A stretch of 64,000 nt of DNA from an uncultured bacterium (lineage in GTDB: Bacteria; Patescibacteriota; Minisyncoccia; Phycocordibacterales; Phycocordibacteraceae): the NCBI GenBank assembly GCA_937879955.1, contig CALFMK010000002.1, positions 1,175 to 65,174 of the forward strand, given 5' to 3'. This document shows, piece by piece, positions 1 through 9,900 of this stretch (its first letter is position 1; each line of letters begins with the position of its first letter). Both the position numbers and the translations under genes were made by a program. Under the pieces are notes generated by a model, which was given only the letters and a program-made list of their open reading frames with translations, was not told the DNA's origin and made no database searches.

Positions 1-46
1 CTATTGACAAAACACATGTATAGTGTAATGATAGCGGGACCCAGGT

Positions 47-706
47 ATGGCAGCAATCAATAACACAGTCAAGCTCATCCGCGCCCTCGGGCGCGCGTAT
101 GACAAGAAGTGGAGCTTTCTCGCGGCCTTCCTGGCGGTGTTCTTCGTCACGGTGTCGACCCTGTCGGCGCTCGACCTCCTTCCTGAGCCGCCTGCGAAGG
201 TCGCTGAGGAGGTAAGTGTCGCGCCCGCCGCGCTCTCGGCTGCCGCGCTCATGGCGGACCCTGAGGACGCGGTGCGCGTCGAGATCCCGAAGGTGGGCAT
301 CAACGTGACGATCAAGAACCCGAGCTCGACGGACGTCGCGGTGCTCGATGAGGCCCTCCTCACCGGAGCGGTCCGCTATCCTGCGTCCGCGAAGCTCGGC
401 GAGGAGGGGAACACGATCCTCTTCGGCCACTCGAGCTACCTGCCGATCGTGAACAACCAGTCCTTCAAGGCGTTCAACGAGATCCAGAACCTCGAGAAGG
501 GTGATCGCATCACCGTGTACGGCGAGGAGCGCGCGTACGTCTATGCCGTGACGCAGGTCGCGGAGGCGGACGCGAATTCCGACGCGATCCCGCTCACCAA
601 GACGGGCCATACCCTCACGCTCGCGACCTGCGACTCGTTCGGGAAGAAGACCGACCGCTTCATCGTGGTCGCGGACCTTGTAGAGAGCTACCCGCTCGCG
701 AGCTAA
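47..706 (+). CDS. Sortase family protein
   Basis: N-terminal TM; catalytic His (FGHSS), TLATC motif and downstream Arg (TDRFIV). Confidence 0.9.
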   Translation: MAAINNTVKLIRALGRAYDKKWSFLAAFLAVFFVTVSTLSALDLLPEPPAKVAEEVSVAPAALSAAALMADPEDAVRVEIPKVGINVTIKNPSSTDVAVLDEALLTGAVRYPASAKLGEEGNTILFGHSSYLPIVNNQSFKAFNEIQNLEKGDRITVYGEERAYVYAVTQVAEADANSDAIPLTKTGHTLTLATCDSFGKKTDRFIVVADLVESYPLAS

Positions 707-821
707 TGCTCGTTGACGGATAGGTCGCTATAAGCGGCAAGGTGTCTGCATCCGCAGTCGACCGATCGTTCCTTCAACCCAGTCGCCCCCCCATACGGGC
801 GGCGCAATAAGGAGAAAAGTG

Positions 822-1763
822 ATGAAAAAGATCATCACCCTATTCATGGCGCTGCTCCTCCTTGCGGGGGAGTGGACGCCTGCGATGGCTGCTCCTGGCA
901 TGTCGCGTTCCACCCGCCATTCCCTGTGCATCAACGGGATCGAGAGTCCCGAAGAGTTCGGGGGGCGGATCAAGGTCGCGATCGTGGCCGATCCGTCGGG
1001 AAAGCGTCGGATCAGGAACTGCCGCATAACCCCGAACGACCTGCTCGTCCTCTACAAGGACGCCGGTCCTGGGACCCCGAAGTCGCTCAGCGACCTCCCG
1101 GGGTACTTCCAGGCCGGCTGGGCGCTCGAGAAGCCCGAGCCCGGCGTGAAGCTGTGGTCGTCCTGCAAGGACGACTCCGGACGAGTCATCGTCCGGTGCT
1201 TCGCCCGCGAGCCGCACGCGAAGTCGCTCCGTGACCCGAGCCGGCCTGAGAAGGTCTGGGTCAAGGGCGACCAGCGACTGTTCGAGGACTGCGGGAACGT
1301 CCGCGTCCAGCGCGACGTCCCGAAGGACCAGTGCATCTACCTGAACGTCTACCTGAAGAAGGACGACGAGCTGCGCGTGATCCATGATCAAGCGCCCGCG
1401 CCGCCCGCCGGGCTCAAGGAGTGCCTCGCGCTCTGGAAGGCCGGCTCGGGCGAGTGGAGCACCACGCTGCTCGACGAGTGTCCTCGGACGAACTGCGTGC
1501 AGGGAAGCGACTGGTTCAAGACCCTGAGCTTCAAGGCCGAGACGGAAGGCACCTACGTGATCCGCCTGCCGGCTACGGTCCTGGGCCGGTTCCGGCTCTG
1601 CGTCATCCGTCCTGACGGGCGGCAGACCATGAGCAGCTACGTCTACCGGCGTTCGTTCCGGCTCAGCCATGCGTTCGTGGGCTACAAAGGATACACCGTC
1701 CCTCCGGCCGAATGGCCCGGGCTCATGCACACCTGGCTGTTCACGGACGGCCGCATCGACTGA
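822..1763 (+). CDS. Secreted Cys-rich hypothetical protein
   Basis: AAGGAG SD at 809-814; signal-peptide-like N-terminus MKKIITLFMALLLL; hairpin plus T-run after stop. Confidence 0.7.
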   Translation: MKKIITLFMALLLLAGEWTPAMAAPGMSRSTRHSLCINGIESPEEFGGRIKVAIVADPSGKRRIRNCRITPNDLLVLYKDAGPGTPKSLSDLPGYFQAGWALEKPEPGVKLWSSCKDDSGRVIVRCFAREPHAKSLRDPSRPEKVWVKGDQRLFEDCGNVRVQRDVPKDQCIYLNVYLKKDDELRVIHDQAPAPPAGLKECLALWKAGSGEWSTTLLDECPRTNCVQGSDWFKTLSFKAETEGTYVIRLPATVLGRFRLCVIRPDGRQTMSSYVYRRSFRLSHAFVGYKGYTVPPAEWPGLMHTWLFTDGRID

Positions 1764-1846
1764 ATAGGGGAGCGGGGGCGGACATCTCGTCCGTCCCCCT
1801 ACCTTTCTCCCTTTTTATACGTCGCGAGAGCGGCAGGGCGTAAGTA

Positions 1847-1875
1847 TTGACTTTTTACAATGTTCGTGATACAGT
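1847..1875 (+). promoter_or_regulatory. Sigma70-type promoter for the surface protein
   Basis: TTGACT-17 nt-TACAGT. Confidence 0.55.
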
Positions 1876-1901
1876 AGGAAATACCGTAATTACCAAGAGA
1901 T

Positions 1902-4265
1902 ATGGACCAGATACAGTCTTCGTACGCAGCAGCACGTCAGAACCCGGTGAAGACCGGCCTCTTCGCCGTTCTCGGCGTCGTCGCGATCGGCGTGCTCGCC
2001 GGCTTCGCGCTCGGCTACGACGCTCCTGCGAAGACCTGGGCCATGGTCTCTCCGGTCGTCGTCACGCCTCCTCCGCCACCGCCCCCTCCGGTCATCATCG
2101 CGCCGGTCGTCCCTGTCGTGACCCCTCCGCCGGTCGCTCCGGTCGTGGTGAATCCGCCTGCGCCGACCAAGGAGGAGACGACGCCTGCGCCGTCGACCGA
2201 GACGCCGAACGTCGTGAGTCCGGTCACCGTCACGCCGTCGACCGACAGCGACGATCATGGCGACCCGTGCTGCACCGACGTCACGCCGACTCCCGATGTC
2301 CCTGACACCGATACGCATGGCGACCCGTGCTGCACCGAGACGCCGACCACCGACACTCCGGTGACGCCTCCGGTCGTCGTCACGCCTCCGGTCGTGCCGC
2401 CCGTCGTGACGAACGACCTTTGCCCGAACCGTCCTGACCTCGATAAGAACAACCTTCCTGACGGCTACTACGTCGACGGGAACGGCGACTGCGTGCAGCG
2501 CACGACCACCGCGGTCCTCGAGTGCGTGTTCCTCCGCGGCACCCCTCAGGTCATAGCGCCGGGTCAGGCGGTCACGCTCGAGTGGCAGACCAAGAATGCG
2601 ACCTCGATCACTATCGACAACGGCGTCGGCGCGGTCACTCCTGTCGCCGGAGGCACCACGGTCGTCTATCCGACCCAGACTACGACGTATAAGGCTACGG
2701 TCACCGGCGCGTCCGGAACCGTGAACTGCCAGACCGTCGTCGAGGTGAAGCCAACGGTAGACGAGCATCCCGCGCAGTGCGTGTTCCTCAACGGAACGCC
2801 GAGCGTCATCAATGCGGGCGACCCTGTCCGCCTCGAGTGGAAGACCAAGGACGCTACCTCGATCACCATCGACAACGGTATCGGCCAGGTACTCCCGACC
2901 GCAGAGGGCTTCCTGATCGTGAACCCGACCCAGACCACGACCTACAAGGCGACGGTCACGGGCGCTACCGGCTCGGTGAACTGCCAGACCACGGTCACCG
3001 TCACTACGATCCAGCAGGGTCCTCAGTGCGTGAGCCTCACGGCGGACCGTACCCGCATCAAGTCCGGAGAGGCCGTGACCCTCTCGTGGGTCATATCGAA
3101 GGCAACGTCCGTCGTCCTCGATAATGGCATCGGCACCAAGACGGGCGAGACCGGCTCCGTCGTCGTGAACCCGACGTCCGACACGACGTACACCGCCAAG
3201 GTCCCGGGCGCTCCTGACAACGCGAACTGCAAGGTGGAGGTCGTCATCGAGTCCACGTCCTGCACCAGCAACTGTGGCGGCGGGGGAGGAGGCGGTGGCG
3301 GCGGTCGCCGCAGCGCGCGCGTCGGACTCGAGTCCTTCGTGCCAGACCTCGAGGAGCCGCTCTCGTACGTGTACCTCTCCGAGGTCCCGTACACCGGTCT
3401 CGAGCTCGGCACCTGGGGCACCGTCCTCTACTGGATGATGCTCATCGGCTGGAGCCTCGCGCTCGCGTACCTCGTCCTCTTCAATGTCGTGCCGTTCGCG
3501 CTCGCACGTGCTAAGAGCTTCGGCGGCAGCGTGAAGGAGGCGCTCAATGGCGATGCGCATGCACAGGACGGCCATGGCCATGCCGCGCATGCCGCTCCCG
3601 TAGCCCACGCGGCCCATGCCGCTCCGGCTCATCATGGCCACGCTCCGGCGCATGGTGGACATGACGCGCACGCGGCGCCCGCTGCGCCTGCGAAGCCGCA
3701 GGGCTACAACGCGCACGACGGATTCCGCTCGTTCGCCGCTGGCGAGGGTCTCACCATCGACGACATCGTGAAGGGCCTCTCCCGCGAGATCGAGCAGAAG
3801 CACGCGGTGCCTACCCACGAGGAGGTACTGGAGGCCGTCCATGAGGAGGCTCCGGTCCATGTACCGGCACCGGCAGCAGCTCCGGCTGCTGCGTACGAGG
3901 CGCCGAAGCCGGCCGCGCACGTCGCGATGGCTCCTATGAATGCGGATGTCCGCGACTTCGTCGCCGCGCTCCTCAACGGGGACCGCGACACCGTCTTCGG
4001 CATGATCCGCGCGATGGCGCGCCAGGGACAGGACACCGAGGCATTCGTCTCGCACGCGGCCTGCGCTCTCGATGACGCGTACCGCGCATGCATCGACGGC
4101 ACGACCTGCCATCCGGACATCGCGGAGCTCACGAACGGATGCCACCCGTCCTACCTCGAGCGCCTCGTGTCCTCGCTCACGACCGCGGTCGACGGCAGCT
4201 ACTCCGCTGGCATGACCGGCGTGAAGATGGCGCTCACGCGCGCTCTCGGCGTGGTCGCGGGATAA
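1902..4265 (+). CDS. Large cell-surface protein: Pro/Thr-rich stalk, three Ig-like repeats, VPYTG motif, TM, His-rich linker, C-terminal helical domain
   Basis: N-terminal hydrophobic segment; repeats of type VTLxWxTxxATSITIDNGxG...TTTYKATVTGA; VPYTG at 3384-3398 followed by a TM helix. Confidence 0.85.
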   Translation: MDQIQSSYAAARQNPVKTGLFAVLGVVAIGVLAGFALGYDAPAKTWAMVSPVVVTPPPPPPPPVIIAPVVPVVTPPPVAPVVVNPPAPTKEETTPAPSTETPNVVSPVTVTPSTDSDDHGDPCCTDVTPTPDVPDTDTHGDPCCTETPTTDTPVTPPVVVTPPVVPPVVTNDLCPNRPDLDKNNLPDGYYVDGNGDCVQRTTTAVLECVFLRGTPQVIAPGQAVTLEWQTKNATSITIDNGVGAVTPVAGGTTVVYPTQTTTYKATVTGASGTVNCQTVVEVKPTVDEHPAQCVFLNGTPSVINAGDPVRLEWKTKDATSITIDNGIGQVLPTAEGFLIVNPTQTTTYKATVTGATGSVNCQTTVTVTTIQQGPQCVSLTADRTRIKSGEAVTLSWVISKATSVVLDNGIGTKTGETGSVVVNPTSDTTYTAKVPGAPDNANCKVEVVIESTSCTSNCGGGGGGGGGGRRSARVGLESFVPDLEEPLSYVYLSEVPYTGLELGTWGTVLYWMMLIGWSLALAYLVLFNVVPFALARAKSFGGSVKEALNGDAHAQDGHGHAAHAAPVAHAAHAAPAHHGHAPAHGGHDAHAAPAAPAKPQGYNAHDGFRSFAAGEGLTIDDIVKGLSREIEQKHAVPTHEEVLEAVHEEAPVHVPAPAAAPAAAYEAPKPAAHVAMAPMNADVRDFVAALLNGDRDTVFGMIRAMARQGQDTEAFVSHAACALDDAYRACIDGTTCHPDIAELTNGCHPSYLERLVSSLTTAVDGSYSAGMTGVKMALTRALGVVAG
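2256..2338 (+). repeat. Two copies of a 23-bp repeat encoding HGDPCCT, 60 bp apart
   Basis: catggcgacccgtgctgcaccga at 2256-2278 and 2316-2338. Confidence 0.9.
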
Positions 4266-4393
4266 TCTCATCAATCTTGCATAGAAGAGGCTCGTCCGTC
4301 TGGACGGGTCTCTTCTCGTATAGAACATTGACAGTCATGTATTAATGATTCATTCTATACATAGACATATCGCGCTCTATAAGGAGAAGAGCA

Positions 4394-4552
4394 GTGGAGA
4401 AGCCGAGTACTGAAGCCAGCAAGGAGCTCATCGAGTTCGCCAAGAAGGAGCGGATGAAGGGCTGGATCGTGTCCGTGGTGTTCGGCCTCGTCCTGCCGGT
4501 GGCCATCGTCCTGTGCGTGGTCCTGTCGCCCATCGTGTTCCGCAGCCACTGA
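4394..4552 (+). CDS. 52-aa single-TM protein (not in ORF track)
   Basis: AAGGAG SD, GTG start, MEKPSTEASKELIEFAKKERMKGWIVSVVFGLVLPVAIVLCVVLSPIVFRSH; TTGACA at 4328; terminator at about 4570-4598. Confidence 0.65.
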   Translation: MEKPSTEASKELIEFAKKERMKGWIVSVVFGLVLPVAIVLCVVLSPIVFRSH

Positions 4553-4675
4553 CGTTTCGTGACGAACGAGGCCCGAAGCAGTCATGCTCCGGGCCTTTCC
4601 TCGTCGTGCGCTTGACGCGTCCCTTGCCGGGCGTACTGTTACTACGGATGCGTCATGCTCTATAGGAGAAGACCC

Positions 4676-4831
4676 ATGAGAACCTCAGGTGACGGAAGTG
4701 AGCGAAGGGGAATGATCGCGCCCTGGGCGCTCAAGGAACGCAGAGAGAACGCGCGGTTGTATGTGCTGATCGGCATCATCCTGCCGGCCATCGTCATCCT
4801 GTCCGCGGCCGTTTCGAAGCTGCACTCGTGA
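4676..4831 (+). CDS. 51-aa single-TM protein, paralog of 4394-4552 (not in ORF track)
   Basis: AGGAG SD; MRTSGDGSERRGMIAPWALKERRENARLYVLIGIILPAIVILSAAVSKLHS; terminator at about 4848-4878. Confidence 0.65.
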   Translation: MRTSGDGSERRGMIAPWALKERRENARLYVLIGIILPAIVILSAAVSKLHS

Positions 4832-4952
4832 GAGCGAGGACTCAGGAAGCCCGGAACCATAGAGGTTACGGGCTTTTCTTTTTCTGACGCAGGCGCATAC
4901 TGCAGCGCAGCAGGGAATCGAACCTTCGCATAAAAATCCCAGGGAGGAAGTC

Positions 4953-5135
4953 ATGGGAATGCAGATCCGCACGTCCGGGATACAGAGGTCGTTCACGATC
5001 GCCGGAGTCGCGATCGTTGCGGCCACGGTCGCCCTGATCGCTGTCGTGACGATCGGGATACCGTTCATCGAGGACCAGAAGCAGGCCTGGCGCTACCGCA
5101 TGTACGTGCTCGCCGAGAGCCTCAGGGTGTACTGA
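4953..5135 (+). CDS. 60-aa single-TM protein
   Basis: GGGAGG SD; hydrophobic helix FTIAGVAIVAATVALIAVVTIGI; terminator follows. Confidence 0.6.
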   Translation: MGMQIRTSGIQRSFTIAGVAIVAATVALIAVVTIGIPFIEDQKQAWRYRMYVLAESLRVY

Positions 5136-5150
5136 AGGGATCGGATGCGT

Positions 5151-5189
5151 AAAAGGGCCCGGAGCAGTTACGCTGCTCCGGGCCCTTTC
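5151..5189. terminator. Bidirectional intrinsic terminator
   Basis: aaaagggcccggagcag-ttacg-ctgctccgggcccttt between convergent genes. Confidence 0.8.
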
Positions 5190-5197
5190 TCCGTGCC

Positions 5198-6937
5198 TTA
5201 CGCGCGATCGCGGATCTCCTGCGTGACCTTCGCGACGAACGCGTCGAGGGCCATGGCACCCTCCTGGCCGCGGTCGCGGCTGTCGACGGAGACCTCGTTC
5301 GCCTCGACCTCCTTGCCGCCGATCACGAGCACGTACGGGAGCTTCTCCTGCTTCGCCGCGCGGATGCGCTTGCCGAGGGAATCGTTCGCGTCGTCGAGCG
5401 ATGCGCGGACGCCGGCGGCCTTGAGGGCCGATACGACGCTCGCCGCGTAGTCGGCCTGCTCTTCGGAGACCGGGAGCACGCGTACCTGCTCAGGAGAGAG
5501 CCAGGCAGGGAAGGCGCCTGCGAAGTGCTCGATCATGACGCCCATGAAGCGCTCGAGGGATCCGGAGATCGCGCGATGGATGACCACCGGGCGCTCCTTC
5601 TCGCCCTTCTCGTTCGTGTACTCGAGCGAGAAGCGCTCGGGCTGGTTGAAGTCGCACTGGATGGTGGCGAGCTGCCATTCGCGGCCGATGGCGTCCTTGA
5701 ACATGAAGTCGAGCTTCGGTCCGTAGAAGGCGGCCTCGCCCTCGACCCGCTCGTACGGGAGGTCGTTCGTCTTCGCCGCCTCCTCGAGCGCGCCCTCCGC
5801 CTTCTCCCAGACGTCGTCCGAGCCGAGGTACATGCCTTCAGGACCGCGCACCGAGAGGCGCACCCAGTATCCGTCGAGCATGCGCATGGTGGCATAGAAC
5901 TCCTTAATGATCGCGACGATGGTGCCTACCTCCTCCTTGATCTGCGAAGGGCGGCAGAACAGGTGGCCGTCGTCCTGCGTGATGGCGCGGACGCGGGTGA
6001 GGCCCGCGAGCTGGCCGGTCTTCTCGTCGCGATAGACGGTCGCCGGCTCGAAGTAGCGGACCGGCATCTGGCGGTACGAGAACTGGTTGTCCGCGAAGAT
6101 CTGCATGTGGTGCGGGCAGTTCATCGGCTTCATGATGAACTTCTCCTCCTTGCCGGAGACGCGGAAGAGCTCGTCGCCGAACTTCGACGCGTGGCCGCTC
6201 GTCTCGTAGAGCGCCTCCTTCGCGAGGTGCGGGGTCCAGACCCGGTCGTAGCCGCGGTCCTTGTGGAGAGACCATAGGTACTCCTCGATCTCGCGGCGGA
6301 TGAGCGCGCCCTTGGGCTGGAGGAGCGGAAGGCCCGAGCCTACGAGGGACGAGAGCGTGAAGAGCTTGAGCTCGCTGCCGAGCTTCCTATGGTCGCGCTT
6401 CCTCGCCTCCTCCTGCTGGCGCTGGTACGCTTCGAGCTCCTCCTTCGTGTCGAAGGCGAGGCCGTAGATGCGGGTGAGCATCGGGTTCTCCTCGCTGCCG
6501 CGCCAGTACGCGCCCGCGATGCGCTCGAGCACGAACGAGCCCTCCTTGATGTCATGGGACGGCTGCTCGGAGTGTCCGCCTCGGCAGAGGTCCGTGAAGC
6601 CGCCGGCCGTGTAGAGGGTGATAGGATCTCCCGCATCGACGATGCCGTCGATGATCTCGAGCTTGAAGGGGTTCCCGCTGAAGCGGTCGCGCGCGTCCTT
6701 CGCGGACACCTCGGCGCCCGTCATGGTCTTCCAGGAAGGGAGCATCTCCTCCATGGACTGCTGGAGCTCGGCGAGGTCCGCCTCCTTCGGCGGGCGCCCT
6801 CCGGAGAAGTCGAAGTCGTAATAGAAGCCGTTGTCGACGGCCGGGCCGATGGTCGGCTTCGCGTGCGGGTACTTCTCAAGGACCGCTGCGGCGAGCAAAT
6901 GGGCGAGGGTGTGACGCTTCTCTTCGAGGGATGCCAT
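5198..6937 (-). CDS. thrS: Threonine--tRNA ligase (no N-terminal TGS domain)
   Basis: HTLAH editing motif, DLCRGGH, KPMNCPHH, AAFYGPKLD, HRAISGSLERF. Confidence 0.97.
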   Translation of the reverse strand: MASLEEKRHTLAHLLAAAVLEKYPHAKPTIGPAVDNGFYYDFDFSGGRPPKEADLAELQQSMEEMLPSWKTMTGAEVSAKDARDRFSGNPFKLEIIDGIVDAGDPITLYTAGGFTDLCRGGHSEQPSHDIKEGSFVLERIAGAYWRGSEENPMLTRIYGLAFDTKEELEAYQRQQEEARKRDHRKLGSELKLFTLSSLVGSGLPLLQPKGALIRREIEEYLWSLHKDRGYDRVWTPHLAKEALYETSGHASKFGDELFRVSGKEEKFIMKPMNCPHHMQIFADNQFSYRQMPVRYFEPATVYRDEKTGQLAGLTRVRAITQDDGHLFCRPSQIKEEVGTIVAIIKEFYATMRMLDGYWVRLSVRGPEGMYLGSDDVWEKAEGALEEAAKTNDLPYERVEGEAAFYGPKLDFMFKDAIGREWQLATIQCDFNQPERFSLEYTNEKGEKERPVVIHRAISGSLERFMGVMIEHFAGAFPAWLSPEQVRVLPVSEEQADYAASVVSALKAAGVRASLDDANDSLGKRIRAAKQEKLPYVLVIGGKEVEANEVSVDSRDRGQEGAMALDAFVAKVTQEIRDRA

Positions 6938-6996
6938 ATGGGTACGAGGATAGCATATATGAGGGAAATGGCGGCTCCGGAGGGAGCCGTGGGCGC

Positions 6997-9900
6997 TTAG
7001 AGCAGCTTGAGGTTCTCCACGGAAAGCGACGTCTCGCCGTTGCGGACCGACACCGTCGCCTTCACGAGGAGGCAGCGGTCGGCGACCAGGAGGTCGGCCT
7101 TCTCCTTGTATATCTTCGGGAAAATCACGCCCTCGATGGCATCGGTCTTGTCGGAGAACTTGAGGAAGGCCATCTTCTCGCCCTTCTTGGTGAGGAGGGT
7201 GCGCACCTCGTCGAGGAGCACCGGCACGATGACAACCGTCCCGGCCTTCGGGTCGTTCTTGATCTGCGCGATGGTGAGGCCGGCCTTCGCGGTCTTCTCG
7301 ACGTGCGCGTCGAGCGGGTGGCCGGAGACGTAGATGCCGAGCAGCTCCTTCTCCCAGGAGAGCTTGTCCGAGATCGAGGTCTCGCCGCGAGCCGGCGGGA
7401 GCTGGAGGGTGGGCGCCGCGAACGCGAAGAGGGAATCCTGCGCGGGAGTGGCCGTAGCCTCGCGATGGAAAGTGAGCATGGTCTCGATGTGGTCGAGGAG
7501 GTGCGAGCGGCTCATGCTCTCGCCAGCTAAAGTGTCGAGCGCGCCCGCCTTGATGAGGCTCTCGAGGGACTTCTTGTTCAGGTTCTTCGAGCCCACGCGC
7601 GAGAGGAAGTCGGAGAGGGAGGAGAACGATCCGTGCTCGTTCCGCTCCTTGATGATGGCCTGCGAGATGCCCTCGCCGAAGTTCTTGATCGAGGTGAGCC
7701 CGAAGCGGATCGTGTCCTTCTCCTCGCCCGAGACCGTGAAGTCGGCGCCCGACTCGTTCACGTCCGGCGGGAGCACCGGGATCTTCAGGCGGTCCGCCTC
7801 GGCAACGAGGATCGCGATCGCCTCGGTGTCGCCGGCGTCGGCCGTGAGGAGGGCGGCCATGTACTCAACCGGATAGTTCGCCTTCATGTAGGCGGTCTGG
7901 TATGCCACCTTGCCGTAGCAGGCAGCGTGCGCCTTGCCGAAGCCGTAGGCGGCGAACGGCTCGATGAGCTGCCAGATCTTCGCGGCCTTCGCGTCAGAGA
8001 GCTTCCCGTACTCCTTGAAGCCCTTGAGGAGCTTCTCCTTCTGCGCCTCCATCTCCGCCGGGATTTTCTTTCCCATGGCCTTGCGGAGCGTGTCGGCCTC
8101 GAGCCAGGAGTACCCGCCGAGCGTGATCGCCGTGAGGAGGACGTCGTCCTGGTACACGAGGAGTCCGTAGGACGCCTCGAGGTAGCCCTTCATGCGTTCG
8201 TCGAGGTAGGTGATGAGGCGCGGGTTCGTCTTGCGCTCGATGTACTGCGGGATGGACTCCATCGGTCCTGGGCGGTAGAGCGCCACCATCGCGTTGATGT
8301 CGTGGATGGTCGTCGGGCGGAGCTCCTTCAGGTAGCGGGTCATGCCCGAGCCGTTCAGCTGGAAGGTGCCTTCCGTCTCGCCGCGCGCGAGCATGGCGTA
8401 GGTCTTCGCGTCGTCGATCGGCACGTTCTCGATGTCGATCCAGATGTCGCGGGTCTCCTTCACGCGGTCCACCGCGTCCGAGAGGATCGCGAGGTTCTTG
8501 ATGCCGAGGAAGTCGAACTTGAGGAGACCGGCGTCCTCCACCGCGTGCATGTCGAACTGCGTGATGCGCTTCTCCGGGTTCTTCGGGTCGAACTGCACCG
8601 GGGTCCATTCATACAAAGGAGTCGGCGCGATAACCACGCCCGCGGCGTGCACGCCCGTGTGGCGCACGCAGCCCTCGATCCTCTGCGCGAGGTCGATGAT
8701 CTCGCGCACGTCGTCGTCCTCGTCGTAGAGCTGCTTCAGCTCCGGCTCGAGCTCGAGCGCATGCTTGATCGTCATGGGGAAGCCCTGGCTTCCCATCGGG
8801 ATGAGCTTCGCGATGCGGTCGCCGGTGCGGTACGCGTGGCCGAGGGCGCGCGACACGTCGCGCACGGCCGCACGCGCGGCCAAGGTTCCGAAGGTGCCGA
8901 TCTGCGCTACCTTGTCCTCGCCGTACTTCTGGCGCGCGTACGCGATCATCTCGTCGCGCCTATCGTCGGCGAAGTCCATGTCGATATCCGGCGCCTTCGG
9001 GCGCTCCGGGTTCAGGAAGCGCTCGAACGGCAGCTTGTAGAAGAGGGGATCGACGTTCGTGATGCCGTTGAGGTACGACACCAGCGAGCCTGCCGCCGAG
9101 CCGCGCGTCGTGGACATGATGCCCGCCGACTTCGCGAAGGTGAGGAGGTCGGACACCGCGAGGAAGTACGGCGCGAATCCCTTCGAGATGATGACGTCGA
9201 GCTCGTACTCGATGCGCGACACCACCTCCTCGCTCCGCTCGAGCCCGCGCATGCTGATGCCGTCGTAGGTCTTGCGGCGCAGCTCCTCGGCGTGGGTAGT
9301 GCCTTCGGGGATGGTGACGTCGGGGAAGTTCCAGCTGCCGAGCTCCATGGTGACGAGGCAGCGGTCGGCGATCTCGCCCGAGGCGTCCACCGCCTCCGGC
9401 ACGTCCTCGAACCACTCGCGCATCATCGCTTCCGTGACGAACGAGAAGTCCTCCTCCTGGTTCGCGTCGCCCTTGTTCCCGTGCGCGATCCGTCGCATCA
9501 CCTCCGTAGCCTCGCGGTCCTCGGGCTTCAGGTAGTACACGTCGTGCTGCGCTACGAGCCGGATGCCCGACTCCTTCGCGAGCGCCTTGATCTGGTCCAT
9601 GCGCTGCATGTGCCCTTCGACCTTCGGGTGGTGCGTTATCTCGAGGTACACGTCGTCCTTCCCGAAGATGCTCGCGTACTCCGCGAGCGAGGCCGCCGCG
9701 CCGTTCTTGTCGCCGCTCTTGAGCGCCTGCGCCACGTCGCCCGCGAAGGAGGGGATGATGGCGATGAGGCCTTCGTGATGCTCGCGGAGGATCTCCTTGT
9801 CCATGCGCGGCTTCTCGCTGAAGCCCTCGAGGAAGGACCGCGTCACGAGGCGCATCAGGTTCTTGTACCCGACGTTATCCTTGGCGATGAGGACGAGGCG

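Noticed and set aside
2520-3250. Near-duplicate ~255-bp segments as a DGR template/variable pair
   Set aside because: They are in-frame Ig-like domain repeats with differences not confined to adenines; no reverse transcriptase
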